In this document: one piece after another, positions 1 through 14,931 of the stretch
Layout of the letters: each line of letters opens with the position of its first letter
Position numbering within the stretch: position 1 is the first letter of the stretch
NCBI GenBank assembly: GCA_964016885.1
Contig: OZ024743.1
Span: 80,724,001 to 80,788,000 of the forward strand
Source: Eledone cirrhosa
Lineage: Eukaryota
DNA: 64,000 nucleotides
Direction: 5' to 3'
Notes under the pieces: generated by a model
Told to the model about the DNA's origin: nothing
Databases searched by the model: none
Seen by the model: only the letters and a program-made list of their open reading frames with translations
Made by a program: the position numbers and the translations under genes

Positions 1-735
1 GTAGATCGAACTGCCGACCTTCTATCGTGAGTTGAACAACCTTCAAACCCATTTACGGGGAACCCCAGCAAATAAGTATACAAATCTGCGTTATTTGAGG
101 CAAATAAAGGGGTTGGCGTAAAGAAGGGTACCCGACTATAAATCCTCATGAAACCTGCCATGGGGCCCTAAATAGCTATCCTCGGCTTTAGCAGGGAAAA
201 TAGAAATATAGCCTTAATAGTTTTTTTTTTTTACCATATATCGACGATTGTCTAATAATTTGAAAAATAATGGTTTCTTATATAAAATAATAAAGACTTT
301 GTAGAAACATGAAAACCTAACAAATTTCTCCTTAAGTTGATGTTTGGAGCATAACAAATGTCCTTAAATAAACTTACACACATGTTTTTAGATAAAATTT
401 AAACATTTAACCATTACATTATCATATTTCTAAAAAAGGCCATAGCCTATAATTTTGAAATCATTTTTAAAAGAATCAAGGCTGAAGAAGAACTTTGTAA
501 TATAACTAAATTTCTAATTATTAATGTATTGTTTGAAGCGTATCTTAGACTTTCATATATAAACAAAAGTTGTTTTTTTTTTAGACATACAAACACTTCA
601 AAATAAAGTGTGGCATTATAGAATCGGAGCCTGTGGTCGGCGAACTTGTAGTAAATGGTTTTTAAATCTTGTTATTTTTCCCTTATATTGTGGTTTGTTA
701 GGCCAGTATTGGTAGGTAACCAACGTTAGTGGTTT

Positions 736-794
<59 letters not shown>

Positions 795-932
795 GTTATA
801 TTGTAACTGGAGAATATTAATGACGTTAAAAATACAGAGAAATTAAGAAATTGTCTTAGGTTTACAAAGAAATATTGTTAAAGATTTATATATACACTCA
901 TGTGTGTATATAAATCTCTGTCTATCTCTCAA

Positions 933-1009
<77 letters not shown>

Positions 1010-1047
1010 GCAGCGATTCTTTGCTTAAACTTTAATCTGTTATTTTA

Positions 1048-1099
<52 letters not shown>

Positions 1100-1101
1100 G
1101 C

Positions 1102-1150
<49 letters not shown>

Positions 1151-1289
1151 TATATATACATACATGTATATGTGTTTGAATATACATAACAATATATATT
1201 TTTTGTGTGTATTTATATAATTAAATAAATATCAGCTTTTAACGCCAATTATTCCACGGTAGCATGGTTTGGCAGAATATATATACATG

Positions 1290-1327
<38 letters not shown>

Positions 1328-1485
1328 GCATTGTTATAAGTAAAAGTTATATCTCTATATCCTTTTGTATGTATAGATCTTGGTTATACGAATTTTCACC
1401 AAATATTATCCGAATAAACTAATGTACAACTAACTATCTTCAAACACCCGTTAAGAAGTAAACATATATTTTAAAAGCTAAATTT

Positions 1486-1592
<107 letters not shown>

Positions 1593-1658
1593 CATTTAGC
1601 TTTTAACATATTTTTACTTACTAACAGATGTGTATACATATACACTCACTGTAAATGA

Positions 1659-1820
1659 GGTTGGTGTTAGGAAGGGCATCCAGCTGTAGAAATCAAGCCA
1701 GAATCAGTTCCCGTATGAACAAGACAAGGTCATTCGACCGGACACTGCCCACAACAGGACAACCCGTATAACCCATGCTAGCCTGGAAGAACGGACGTAA
1801 AACGTTGATGAAGATGTTGA
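1659..1820 (+). mobile_element. SINE-like interspersed repeat (family S2), 3' part with (TGA)n-like tail
   Basis: GGTTGGTGTTAGGAAGGGCATCCAGCTGTAGAAA...AACCCATGCTAGCCTGGAAGAACGGACGTAAAACGTTGATGAAGATG; a second diverged copy lies at 6257-6409. Confidence 0.65.
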
Positions 1821-1854
1821 TACATACACACACACACACATATATACACACACA

Positions 1855-2200
<346 letters not shown>

Positions 2201-2201
2201 T

Positions 2202-2264
<63 letters not shown>

Positions 2265-2308
2265 ATATAACATTTAGCATTGAAAACATTTTTACTTCCT
2301 AACAGCTG

Positions 2309-2383
<75 letters not shown>

Positions 2384-2712
2384 TTGTTTCAGACCATACA
2401 AAACAAGAACCTATTGTTAGTTACATTATATACACAGAATATATGTTGAGGGTGATATATACTTAGCAGAATTAAGATAGAGATAGAGAGAGCTGAGTTT
2501 ACTATATGTAATATGTGTATTCCCGAGACGTAACCTTAGTTACAATTAGTACTCAATACTGTGTGGATATCTATACTTCATTAGAGAATAGAATTGGAGG
2601 AATAGAATTGTTTCATTCGTAAGAAATCATTTTTTACCTGCTCGAACCGAATGGCTGAGGCCATACACACATCTTTATACAGTCACACACCTTTATATAT
2701 ATATATATATAT

Positions 2713-2863
2713 ATAAAATATTAAAAAAATAATGAATAAAACAATGAAACAGTTCCTTATATTAAACAAAAAAAGTTCTTTATATTAAACAAAAAAAGTT
2801 CTTTTTTTGTTTAATATAAGGAACTGTTTCATTGTTTTATTCATTATTTTTTTAATATTTTAT
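2713..2863. repeat. Fold-back inverted repeat at the end of a TA-flanked interspersed element
   Basis: ATAAAATATTAAAAAAATAATGAATAAAACAATGAAACAGTTCCTTATATTAAACAAAAAAAG and its reverse complement; a related copy is at ~38675-38720. Confidence 0.85.
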
Positions 2864-2994
2864 CTTGACTCTGTATTCCGTTTATCTTTCACCGAAAGTG
2901 ATTTTTGAATGCATCTCTTCTTTCCATGATATCCGGATTACATTGAGTTCTTCATACGTATTGGACACTACCGTAAACTCTTGGTAGATTTATC

Positions 2995-3029
<35 letters not shown>

Positions 3030-3451
3030 GTCCTCTATCTTTAAGGCTATAGTATTAATATTTTTACATAAAAAATATTTGAATAAATTAGCAATATTGC
3101 TTATTATTAATGTATCATGTATCATGTATAAAATAGTAATTAACAATAACGTACTTAGGTCATGTGTAGACGTAGGACTTTCTTATACATAATTACACTA
3201 TGATAACATTTACGCTATTACGAGAGGCACACGTCCTTGATTGTGAAAGCAACTTTGTATCTCTAGGGTTCTTCAACAGATTTAGGTATTTAGCTCGCTA
3301 TAGCACGATGACTGAACTTCTCATATAATTGTCTACTACGTATATTTTCCCCTTGTCTTATGTCTATATAAACCCTTATCGTAAATAGTCTCTGAAATAT
3401 CTTCTCTTTCCGTTTGGTAAATAAAATAAATTATTATTACTATTAATTTTA

Positions 3452-3611
3452 GGGCAGGGTTGGCTGTATCGGTAGGGCGTCCGACACCATGCTGTGTCGA
3501 GGTTAATTTAATCGCTCATTCTTACGGGGTCGATAAAATAAAGTACTAGTAATGCACTGGGTTGGAAATAATCGACTTTTCCTTCCCCAAAATTGCTAGT
3601 TCCTATTGTAG
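3452..3611 (+). mobile_element. SINE family S1 copy
   Basis: Core CATTCTTACGGGGTCGATAAAATAAAGTACTAGTAATGCACTGGG shared with six other copies in the window. Confidence 0.75.
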
Positions 3612-4060
3612 AAATCATTATCACCTTCTAGTTAATCCGGAGGGTATCCTGGGGGCAAAATCCTCAAGCCCACCTTCCAGCAGCAACGATCTCCAATTAA
3701 TCAAGCGAGACAAGCCCAGCTCATGGGTGTTATCCCAGTATCTTGGTCGGAGTCTGCCCCCGATTCTCATGCCGGTTGCTTTTAACCGTAAAACCCTGAC
3801 TCTAATATCTCAAGTCTGAGAAGTAGCGGGCCTACCTGACTGATCTCCAAGCTACATATTCTACCGAGTAACCTTACTCCAAACACCCAATAAATATTAA
3901 TAACATTTATAATAGTTAACAATAATAATATATTTATAATAGATAACAATAATAATATACTTGAAATTATTTACAGCTGAGTTATTTTGGAATTTAAAAA
4001 ATCCCTTTGGTATAGAGATTGTGGGGGAAATAAAAAAAAATACTTATATACATATATATA

Positions 4061-4187
4061 TACTAATAATAATAAATTTGAAGACTAAAATCCAAAGAGG
4101 GCTCGATAAGGATAAATATATATCAAATATATAAGAACCGTAGAGCAAATATATCTTTGCTTAAACTTTAATCTGTCATTTTAATAA

Positions 4188-4190
<3 letters not shown>
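4061..4190. repeat. TA-flanked interspersed repeat (family K)
   Basis: AATAAATTTGAAGACTAAAATCCAAAGAGGGCTCGATAAGGATAAAT...GAACCGTAGAGCAAAT recurs at 8961-9052 and inverted at 9119-9212; its tail recurs at 1018-1052. Confidence 0.8.
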
Positions 4191-4245
<55 letters not shown>

Positions 4246-4263
4246 ATATATACACAGTCCTTG

Positions 4264-4316
<53 letters not shown>

Positions 4317-4646
4317 CATACACACAAACTTTCGTTTGGAGGCTTTGAGTTGTGAATTTTAAATATAAGTTAGTTATTAAACATTTGACATCTAAGTAGA
4401 TTTATTGACTCTAAAATATATTCTAAAAAGATCGGGATGTAAGTTCCCAGAAATGGAAACAGGAGATAGCTGCCCCTCTTTTCAGTTTCCAGTCATATAT
4501 TAGCCCTTATTATTTACTATTGTTTATACAGAGCAACTATTAGGATTATTTGTTTGAATTATTTATTTGAATGCCACACACTGTCACACACATTCAAATA
4601 AATACCTAAATATGTTGCGAACAGGAATATATATATTATATATATT

Positions 4647-4678
<32 letters not shown>

Positions 4679-4774
4679 CATATATACACACACATATATA
4701 TATATATATAATATATATATAGAGAGAGGAAAATGTAAGACCCCCGACGTTTCGACGGCTATTTCTGGACATCT

Positions 4775-4837
4775 TATTTTATCTGATGAGGACTGTTGAA
4801 GCTAGCTTAGTACCTGTGAAATATGTATAATAAAATA
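4775..4837 (+). ncRNA. Type I hammerhead ribozyme motif (family B)
   Basis: TATTTTAT-CTGATGA-...-GAAA-TATGTA-TA-ATAAAATA; stem II has a short deletion relative to the 5296 copy. Confidence 0.65.
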
Positions 4838-4885
4838 TACTTGATCACACGAATGTCTATTTTTGTTAATATTTTGAATTAATAT

Positions 4886-4971
<86 letters not shown>

Positions 4972-4974
4972 AAT

Positions 4975-5025
<51 letters not shown>

Positions 5026-5040
5026 TATATATATATAAAT

Positions 5041-5140
<100 letters not shown>

Positions 5141-5295
5141 CGAAGGAAATTATTAGAATTAGCCGTCGAAACGGCTTGAGCTCAGCCGTCGGGTTCCTAC
5201 TCGTTCCTATATATATATATTGAATTAATATTTTGAATTAATATATAATATTAATTCAAAATATTAACAAAAATAGACATTCGCGTGATCAAGTA

Positions 5296-5362
5296 TATTT
5301 TATTATACATATTTCAGAGGTACTGAGCTATCTTCAACAGTACGTCCTCATCAGATAAAATA
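5296..5362 (-). ncRNA. Type I hammerhead ribozyme motif (family B)
   Basis: Minus strand TATTTTAT-CTGATGA-GGAC-GTACTG..CAGTAC-CTCT-GAAA-TATGTA-TA-ATAAAATA. Confidence 0.75.
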
Positions 5363-5483
5363 AGATGTCCAGAAATTGCTATATATATATATTTATATAT
5401 ATGAATATAAATATGTGTATGTGTGTATCTGTGTATAAATATACCCAAATGTATGTATATATATAGATATTATCAAGGCATGC

Positions 5484-5529
<46 letters not shown>

Positions 5530-5826
5530 TTACATGTATGTATAATCTCGCTACGAGAACCTACAAGAAACATCAAACTAAATGAATTAAAAACTAACTC
5601 AAACTAAATCAAGACACTGTAAAATTACTTCTAAAACACTACACATTCACAGGTAAATACATCTTCCAGCACAAATAAAAGCCTCCACTATATTCTTTGT
5701 AGTACAACATTAAAATCAGGAAACTTGAACTAACGATTATCCCAAACTGCTCAGAAAATAATATTTACACTTTGCTCACACGTATCCATAGTGTGTTATT
5801 TCATACTCTCATTTCAGTGTATAAGC

Positions 5827-5859
<33 letters not shown>

Positions 5860-5860
5860 T

Positions 5861-5988
5861 CGAAGGAAATGTAGTAAGGAACCAGGTGGACCATAATGCA
5901 CCAAAGTACTCAATACTTAGGGTAGTAGAGTGGGTAATAGGAACGAGTAGGACCCCGACGGCTGAGCTCAAGCCGTTTCGACGGCTAA
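5861..5988 (-). mobile_element. Short TA-flanked PLE-like 3' end (family J)
   Basis: CGAAGGAAATGTAGTAAGGAACCAGGTGGACCATAA...GCCGTTTCGACGGCTAA; near-identical copies at 5139-5208 (partial), 29948-30148, 38481-38538 (partial) and 61088-61295; carries the 3' half of an HHR (GAAA-CGGC-loop-GCCG-TC). Confidence 0.75.
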
Positions 5989-6065
5989 ATATATATATAT
6001 ATATATAGAGAGAGAAATCTGCATAAAAATATATGTGCGAATATATGTATATATGTAAGTGTGTA

Positions 6066-6115
<50 letters not shown>

Positions 6116-6202
6116 TATATATATTTATATACATATATATATATACATATCTATATATATATTTATATACATATATATATACATATATACATATATATAT
6201 AG

Positions 6203-6253
<51 letters not shown>

Positions 6254-6256
6254 AAC

Positions 6257-6409
6257 GTGGTTGGTGCTAGGAAGGGCATCCAGCCGTAGAAAACCTGCCA
6301 GACAGTCCCATACGTGAGAGACGACAAATCTTGTCTCAAGTGGGACAATTCCCGACTAAACCCATGGTAGCGTGGAAGATAGACGTTAAACGATGATGAT
6401 GATGATGAT
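6257..6409 (+). mobile_element. SINE-like repeat family S2 copy
   Basis: GGTTGGTGCTAGGAAGGGCATCCAGCCGTAGAAAA...AAACCCATGGTAGCGTGGAAGATAGACGTTAAACGATGATGATGATG. Confidence 0.65.
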
Positions 6410-6429
6410 ATATGTATATATATATATAC

Positions 6430-6483
<54 letters not shown>

Positions 6484-6504
6484 ATGTATATATATATATA
6501 TACA

Positions 6505-6597
6505 TATATATACCTTTAATATATATAGATATATAAATAGATATATATATATAGATTCCTGAGGATTTCTCAAGAATCAAACAGTTCTAGTTCTATA

Positions 6598-6635
<38 letters not shown>

Positions 6636-6732
6636 TATACATATATATATATACCTTTAATATATATATATATAGATATATAAATATAGATTCCTGAGGA
6701 TTTCTGAAGAATCAAACAGTTCTAGTTCTATA
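6505..6732. repeat. Local direct duplication embedded in (TA)n
   Basis: TACCTTTAAT...AGATTCCTGAGGATTTCT(C/G)AAGAATCAAACAGTTCTAGTTCTATA occurs twice, ~135-140 bp apart. Confidence 0.8.
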
Positions 6733-7195
6733 TATATTTATATATATATATATTTGTATATATATGTATATATTTATATATATATATGTGCGTGTGTGTA
6801 TATATGCATATAGATATATCAATATATATAGAGAGAGAGAGTGAGGAAATATCTATTATATATTCTTTTCACGTGAAATTGAATCTTTTCCTTTCTTTTG
6901 TTAAATGATACACACACACACACACACATATATATAAATATATGTGTGTGTGTATGTATAATGTGTGTAAATCGTGTTATATTATAAAAACACGCACACA
7001 CTCATATGTAAATATAATAATGGCTATTACTGTAATATATATAGCAGAGAATTATAATAAACGAAGCCAACTTTAATACGTTTGACTTAGTTATTTTATA
7101 CATATATTATATATAGAGAGTTATAAACTCAAATAGTCTTTTTACAATTAAATAGCTCAAAGAAAGGAATATTTCTGAGCCGTGTAATACAATGC

Positions 7196-7371
7196 AAACA
7201 CTGATACAAGTATAGATGTGTTTGCATTGCAAATGACCAAGTTAGCTAGATTGTAAAATACTAATTAAAATAATACGGTTTGCTTGTCTCGATTTAAAAT
7301 AATTACTATTTTTCAATCTAGCTAACTTGGTCATTTGCAATGCAAACACATGTATACTTGTATCAGTGTTT
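7196..7371. repeat. Long hairpin / fold-back element, ~70-bp arms
   Basis: AAACACTGATACAAGTATAGATGTGTTTGCATTGCAAATGACCAAGTTAGCTAGATTG pairs with CAATCTAGCTAACTTGGTCATTTGCAATGCAAACACATGTATACTTGTATCAGTGTTT. Confidence 0.85.
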
Positions 7372-7393
7372 ATCCCTATCATATATTCATTTG

Positions 7394-7436
<43 letters not shown>

Positions 7437-7814
7437 TATGTATAATAATGTTAAAATATACAGACAGGCATAGTATAATAGTATATGTAAATGAGAGTTA
7501 ACGTGATTGTATATTTATGTGATAGCAATGTTGAAAATAACGAAAAGAAAAGTGTTAATCCTTGCAACGACATCATTTATTTCAGCAAATCTAAATTTAG
7601 TTCTTATATAGAATTTTTAAAATGAATCTACTAACACGTATTTACCTTCTTATTCATCTAGAAAATAGTTTTAGTATTCCAGGGACACGCCTAAAATATG
7701 TTTCCTTTTCTCTGTAATTTTTATATTTGGTCAAATTCTCCTGTAACTCTCTCGCTCTCTTTCTGTATATATATAATAGATATATATATATTATATATAT
7801 CTATTATATATATC

Positions 7815-7854
<40 letters not shown>

Positions 7855-8042
7855 TGTATATATATATCATGTATATATATATTACATATATATATTATAT
7901 AAATATTATGTTTATATGTATATACATATTATATATATATATATGTATATATTATATATATGTTTATATATATATATATGTGTGTGTGTATGTCACGATA
8001 TACATGAATGACTATATGCATATACATACATGTGTGTGGGAC

Positions 8043-8109
<67 letters not shown>

Positions 8110-8640
8110 TTTGTAGTGGAAAAGGGGGTGAAGTCCCTTACAAAACAAAGTTTATAATTAATAATTGAAGGTGAAAATGCAGAAGCACATTAAAAGATTA
8201 TTATTTCTTTAAACCGACTGATTTGATGATTGTTGCATTAAATATAACTGGCTTCGATTAATATAACCATTTTATAAAATATTAGATATTAAATATATAA
8301 ATATGAAATATTTAAAACAATTTTTGATGTATTCTGTGAGCAAAATACATGAAAATACAGTTTCTAATATTTACTATTTGTTAAGATATAGTTAAGTGTC
8401 TATGTATGTTTGGTGCGTATAACTTAAAGAAACAAAGAAACAACATATATCGGAAAATCATGTGGACTTCAATACCAGATGTTTAAATAAAAAATGTTCT
8501 CTCTCCCTATATATATCAATATTGTAGTATAAACACATATTTCTAGTAAAATAAATAAAAATACTAGCATTACAATAACTAAGTACATAGATATACAAAT
8601 ATACCCGAGTACTGCCAGAATATCCATATTTTCTTATCAG

Positions 8641-8690
<50 letters not shown>

Positions 8691-8732
8691 GTTTATTCAT
8701 TATAATAAATATGTGTTTATACAGAAATATTT

Positions 8733-8794
8733 ACACATATATAAATCTATATGTACCTTATTGACAGGAGGTCAGACTGGTGAAGGGCCAAACT

Positions 8795-8832
<38 letters not shown>

Positions 8833-8943
8833 AATATATATATAAAATGTATATATATATATATATATATTTAAGTTTGGCCCTTCACCAGTCAGACCTG
8901 TCATTTTAATCAAAATAAGGTACATATAGATTTATATATGTGT
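8733..8943. repeat. Inverted repeat around a (TA)n spacer
   Basis: ACACATATATAAATCTATATGTACCTTATT...GGTCAGACTGGTGAAGGGCCAAACTTAAATA versus TTTAAGTTTGGCCCTTCACCAGTCAGACC...AATAAGGTACATATAGATTTATATATGTGT. Confidence 0.85.
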
Positions 8944-8960
8944 ATATTAATATATATTAT

Positions 8961-9046
8961 ATAGTAATAATAATAAATTTGAAGACTAAAATCCAAAGAG
9001 GGCTCGATAAGGATAAATATATATCAAATATATAAGAACCGTAGAG

Positions 9047-9082
<36 letters not shown>

Positions 9083-9212
9083 AGAATATATATATAAAAT
9101 GTATATATATATATATATATATTTGCTCTACGGTTCTTATATATTTGATATATATTTATCCTTATCGAGCCCTCTTTGGATTTTAGTCTTCAAATTTATT
9201 ATTATTACTATA
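8961..9212. repeat. Near-perfect ~90-bp inverted repeat (family K) around a (TA)n spacer
   Basis: 8961-9052 is the reverse complement of 9119-9212. Confidence 0.9.
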
Positions 9213-9480
9213 TAATATATATATATAATATATATATGTGTGTTTATAATCTATATATGTCTTTATATACATATATATATCAATTTATATATTCAAGTGT
9301 ATATATATATGAATATATTTATGTAAATATATATATATATATATATATATGTGTGTTTATATAATTGTATTTATTATAACTGTATTTGTAGTTATATAAT
9401 TGAAAGTAAAGTACACAACGAAGGCTTCTATTTTAAAATTACTGCAAACATATACATTACACACACATATGTATATATAA

Positions 9481-9517
<37 letters not shown>

Positions 9518-9584
9518 TGTGTGTGTATGTGCGTGTATATATATATATATACAAATATGTATGTATATAAATATGTAGATATAT

Positions 9585-9943
<359 letters not shown>

Positions 9944-9961
9944 ATACAGTAAAATGTATAT

Positions 9962-10147
9962 AATGGCACTCCGTCAGTTACGACGAATGGTCCAGTTGAT
10001 ACCACTGGAACAGCTTGCTTGTAATATCACAGTGCAAGTGGCTGAGCATTCCACACATTCGTTATATTATCGCAGATCTCAGGGAGATTCAGCGTGACAA
10101 TGTTGCTTGCACCTTCGAATTACAGGTACAAACTATTTGTCAGCTGA
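9962..10147. mobile_element. SINE-like repeat fragment (family S3)
   Basis: AATGGCACTCCGTCAGTTACGACGA...GTGCAAGTGGCTGAGCATTCCAC...GGGAGATTCAGCGTGACA; related inverted fragments at ~43060-43125 and ~43725-43812. Confidence 0.55.
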
Positions 10148-10471
10148 TGCAATCCACGTATATGAATATACGACTAGGCCATGCGTATATAAATATATAT
10201 ATATATACACACAAACAGAAATTTAGGTGTATATAATATATATATATAAATATGAATATATATGCAAACAGTAATGTGTATGTATATATATATATATGTA
10301 CATCTATATGTATATATATATATATAAATACATATACATATACATATGTATATTTATGTATATATATATATGTATATGTATAGATACATACATACATAAT
10401 ATATATACATATATATACAAGGTAAACAGAATATACAGTTGAAAAAATATATATAGATATATAGATATTTC

Positions 10472-10515
<44 letters not shown>

Positions 10516-11813
10516 ATATAAATTTGTGTGTTTATGCCTCCGTTTTGTGTGTGAAAAACAAAGCAAAGGAGAAGATGTTGGCAGGAGTAAGTTTACTGCT
10601 ATGTAAGGAACAAGATGGCGTCTTGTCATGACACAGACAGTACTGTAGTGTTATTTAGGTGGAGGCTACGAAAGTAGAATATGAACACTATGCTAAATAT
10701 GTGTTATGTTGATCTCGTCTCTTTTCTTCCTATTGGACAGATCGTATGCTTTATGGCTTTATAGCTTTACTTGTATATATAATACAACATTCACTCACAT
10801 ATATATATATAGCTGGCTTGTGTGAAGGAGTAAAGCTTGTAATGATGTGAACACATGTACAGGGATATATATATATTTGGATATATTATTTATATATATG
10901 TATATATACACAGGAAGAGAAACTATCTGGTAAACAGATAGCTAGACATAGCAATTACAAGAGAGATTAAGAAAACGAGTGTGAGAGAGAGAGAAAGCGA
11001 AATAGAAAGAGACAAATTGATAGAAATGATTAAAATAGAACTCATTGTAATCTCGTAACTATTTACTACTACTACTACTACTACTACTGCTACTACTACA
11101 ACTGCTACTACTACATTGGCAATAGTAATTCCTCTTTTCTTTACATGTTATGTCTATTTTAAACGTGTACGTTCCTGGGACATATGTGCTTTTCTGTTTT
11201 AATTTTGAGTTACTGTTATAGGGAGTTTCAGTTGGTTATTGTCTTATTAGAGGGCAGCGGCGGGGTTTCCCGGAATCGTGGCAAACCTGAATTAATGTTT
11301 TTTAAACTTAATAAGCACGGAATATAGAGATAAACATACTATGCATGTTAAAAGGCTATATATATATATATATATAATATACGTACACATATATATGAAT
11401 ATAAGTAAATATTATATATATATATATATGTGTGTGTGTGTATGTGTGTACATATATTCATATGGATTCTGTAGAAAGGTGTGGGCATATGTTTGGGTGT
11501 AATATTTTGTATCTACGGCGTATAATAATAGTGGGACAAAAACTGATACACATAAAAAATAGACTCACCGAACATAACTACGCACTCGCACACACATGAA
11601 CATATATATATATGTATATATATATATATAATGTGTGTTCATATATATATATATATATATACACGTATATATATGTTCATATATATATATATAATAGATA
11701 TATTTATATATACATACGAAAGCAATATGTACAAAAGATATTGAACAAGTACTACATTTTTTAAAGGAAAGATGCAAAGCTATATATAAAAATTATCAAA
11801 CGAAATATATATG

Positions 11814-11868
<55 letters not shown>

Positions 11869-12361
11869 GTGAGTGTGTGCATTTGTATATATATATATAT
11901 ATATGTATAAACTAATAGAACGAGAAAGTTATATAGAATGAAAGAAAGAGAAAGAAGTAAAAAGAACAAGCTGAAATGATAGAAAGAGTAAAATGTCCGA
12001 TATATATATACCCACACACACACATATATACGCATATATATACATGAGTGAGTAGCCATTAATGTATATATAAAAGAGAGGAGAGAGGTATCCAATGTAA
12101 AAATGGCTCCTTTCTGTCATTGTACAAGTTACTATGTAGCCTAGAACGGCTGGCTGGCGGGAGAAACAATAACGGAAGATTACGGAAAATTACGGAGCTT
12201 TTTTTTAAGCGGAAATAAACGAAAAGGAACGACAGCTATTTTTATCATAGATTTATATTTATATATATTTATATATTTATGTATTTATTTCTTGCTACAT
12301 ATTTATTTATTTATTGATATTTTTGTGATTTTTATTTGCTCTTTATGCACAGTGTTATCAC

Positions 12362-12782
12362 GTGGTGGTGGTGGTAGATGTTGTGGTGGTGGTGGTAGGG
12401 GTGTTACTGCTGTTGTTGGTGGTGGTCGTGTTACTGCTGTTGTTGTTGTTGTTGTTGGTGGTGGTCGTGTTACTGCTGTTGTTGTTGTTGTTGGTGGTGG
12501 TGTTACTGTTGTTGTTGTTGGTGGTGGTGGTGTTACTGTTGTTGTTGTTGTTGGTGGTGGTGTTACTGTTGTTGTTGGTGGTAGTCGTGTTACTGCTGTT
12601 GTTGTTGTTGGTGGTGGTGTTACTGTTGTTGTTGTTGGTGGTGGTGGTGGTGGTGTTACTGTTGTTGTTGGTGGTGGTCGTGTTACTGCTGTTGTTGTTG
12701 TTGGTGGTGGTGTTACTGTTGTTGTTGTTGTTGGTGGTGGTGGTGTTACTGTTGTTGTTGTTGGTGGTGGTGGTAGTGTTAC

Positions 12783-12813
<31 letters not shown>

Positions 12814-13193
12814 GTTACTGTTGTTGTTGTTGGTGGTGATGGTGTTACTGTTGTTGTTGGTGGTGGTCGTGTTACTGCTGTTGTTGTTGTTGGTGGTGGT
12901 GTTAGTGTTGTTGTTGTTGTTGTTGGTGGTGTTGTTACTGTTGTTGTTGGTGGTGGTGGTGTTACTGTTGTTGTTGGTGGTGGTGGTGTTACTGTTGTTG
13001 TTGTTGGTGGTGGTGGTGTTACTGTTGTTGTTGTTGGTGGTGTTGTTACTGTTGTTGTTGGTGGTGGTGGTGTTACTGTTGTTGTTGTTGTTGGTGGTGT
13101 TACTGTTGTTGTTGTTGGTGGTGGTGGTGTTACTGTTGTTGTTGGTGTTGGTGGTGTTCCTGTTGTTGTTGTTGTTGGTGGTGGTGGTGTTAC

Positions 13194-13224
<31 letters not shown>

Positions 13225-13553
13225 GTTACTGTTGTTGTTGTTGGTGGTGGTGTTACTGTTGTTGGTGGTGGTGGTGTTACTGTTGTTATTGTTGGTGGTG
13301 GTGGTGTTACTGTTGTTGTTGTTGGTGGTGGTGGTGGTGGTGGTGGCGGTGTTAGTGTTGTTGTTGGTGGTGGTGGTGTTACTGTTGTTGTTGTTGGTGG
13401 TGGTGGTGGTGGTGTTACTGTTGTTGTTGTTGGTGGTGGTGGTGGTGTTACTGTTGTTGTTGTTGTTGGTGGTGGTGGTGTTACTGTTATTGTTGGTGGT
13501 GTTACTGTTGTTGGTGATGGTGTTAGTGTTGTTGTTGGTGGTGGTGGTGTTAC

Positions 13554-13584
<31 letters not shown>

Positions 13585-13988
13585 GTTACTATTGTTGGTG
13601 GTGGTGGTCTTACTGTTGTTGTTGGTGGTGGTGGTGGTGGTGTTACTGTTGTAGGTGGTGGTGGTGTTACTGTTGTTGTTGTTGTTGGTGGTGGTGGTGT
13701 TACTGTTGTTGTTGGTGGTGGTGGTGGTGTTACTGTTGTAGGTGGTGGTGGTGTTACCGTTGCTGTTGTTGTTGTTGGTGGTGGTGGTGTTACTGTTGTT
13801 GGTGGAGGTGGTGGTGGTGGTGTTAGTGTTGTTGTTGGTGGTGGTGGTGGTGTTACTGTTGTTTTTGGTGGTGGTGGTGGTGGTGTTAGTGTTGTTGTTG
13901 TAGGTGGTGGTGGTGTTACTGTTGTTGTTGTTGTTGTTGTTGGTGGTGGTGGTGTTACTGTTGTTGTTGTAGGTGGTGGTGGTGTTAC

Positions 13989-14019
<31 letters not shown>

Positions 14020-14219
14020 GTTACTGTTGTTGTTGTTGGTGGTGGTGGTGGTGTTACTGTTGTTGTTGTAGGTGGTGGTGGTGTTACTGTTGTTGTTGGT
14101 GGTGGTGGTGGTGGTGTTACTGTTGTTGTTGTTGGTGGTGGTGGTGGTGTTACTGTTGTTGTTGTTGGTGGTGTTACTGTTGTTGTTGGTGGTGGTGGTG
14201 TTGGTGGTGGTGGTGTTAC

Positions 14220-14250
<31 letters not shown>

Positions 14251-14378
14251 GTTGGTGTTGGTGGTGGTGGTGTTACTGTTGTTGTTGGTGGTGGTGTTGG
14301 TGGTGGTGGTGTTACTGTTGTTGTTGTTGGTGGTGGTGTTGTTACTGTTGTTGTTGTTGGTGGTGGTGGTGGTGTTAG

Positions 14379-14409
<31 letters not shown>

Positions 14410-14900
14410 GTTACTGTTGTTGTTGTTGGTGGTGGTGGTGCTGGTGTTACTGTTGTTGTTGTTGTTGGTGGTGGTGGTGTTAGTGTTGTTGTTGGTGGTG
14501 GTGGTGTTACTGTTGTTGTTGTTGGTGGTGGTGGTGGTGGTGTTACTGTTGTTGGTGGTGGTGGTGTTACTGTTGTTGTTGTTAGTGGTGGTGGTGGTGG
14601 TGTTACTGTTGTAGGTGGTGGTGGTGTTACTGTTGTTGTAGTTGTTGGTGGTGGTGGTGTTACTGTTGTTGTTGGTGGTGGTGGTGGTGTTACTGTTGTT
14701 GTTGGTGGTGCTGGTGGTGTTACTGTTGTTGTTGTTGGTGGTGTTAGTGTTGTTGTTGTTGGTGGTGGTGTTAGTGTTGTTGTCGTTGGTGGTGGTGGTT
14801 GTGTTACTGTTGTTGTTGTTGGTGGTGGTGGTGGTGTTACTGTTGTTGTTGTTGGTGGTGGTGGTGGTGTTAGTGTTGTTGTTGGTGGTGGTGGTGTTAC

Positions 14901-14931
<31 letters not shown>

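Noticed and set aside
478-550. CTGAAGA...GAAGCGTA as a hammerhead
   Set aside because: GAAA is mutated and the stems are weak
12095-12240. Promoter (YY1-like AAAATGGC, ETS-like CGGAA cluster); similar motifs at 10611 and 62100
   Set aside because: Short motifs with no supportable downstream gene or TSS evidence
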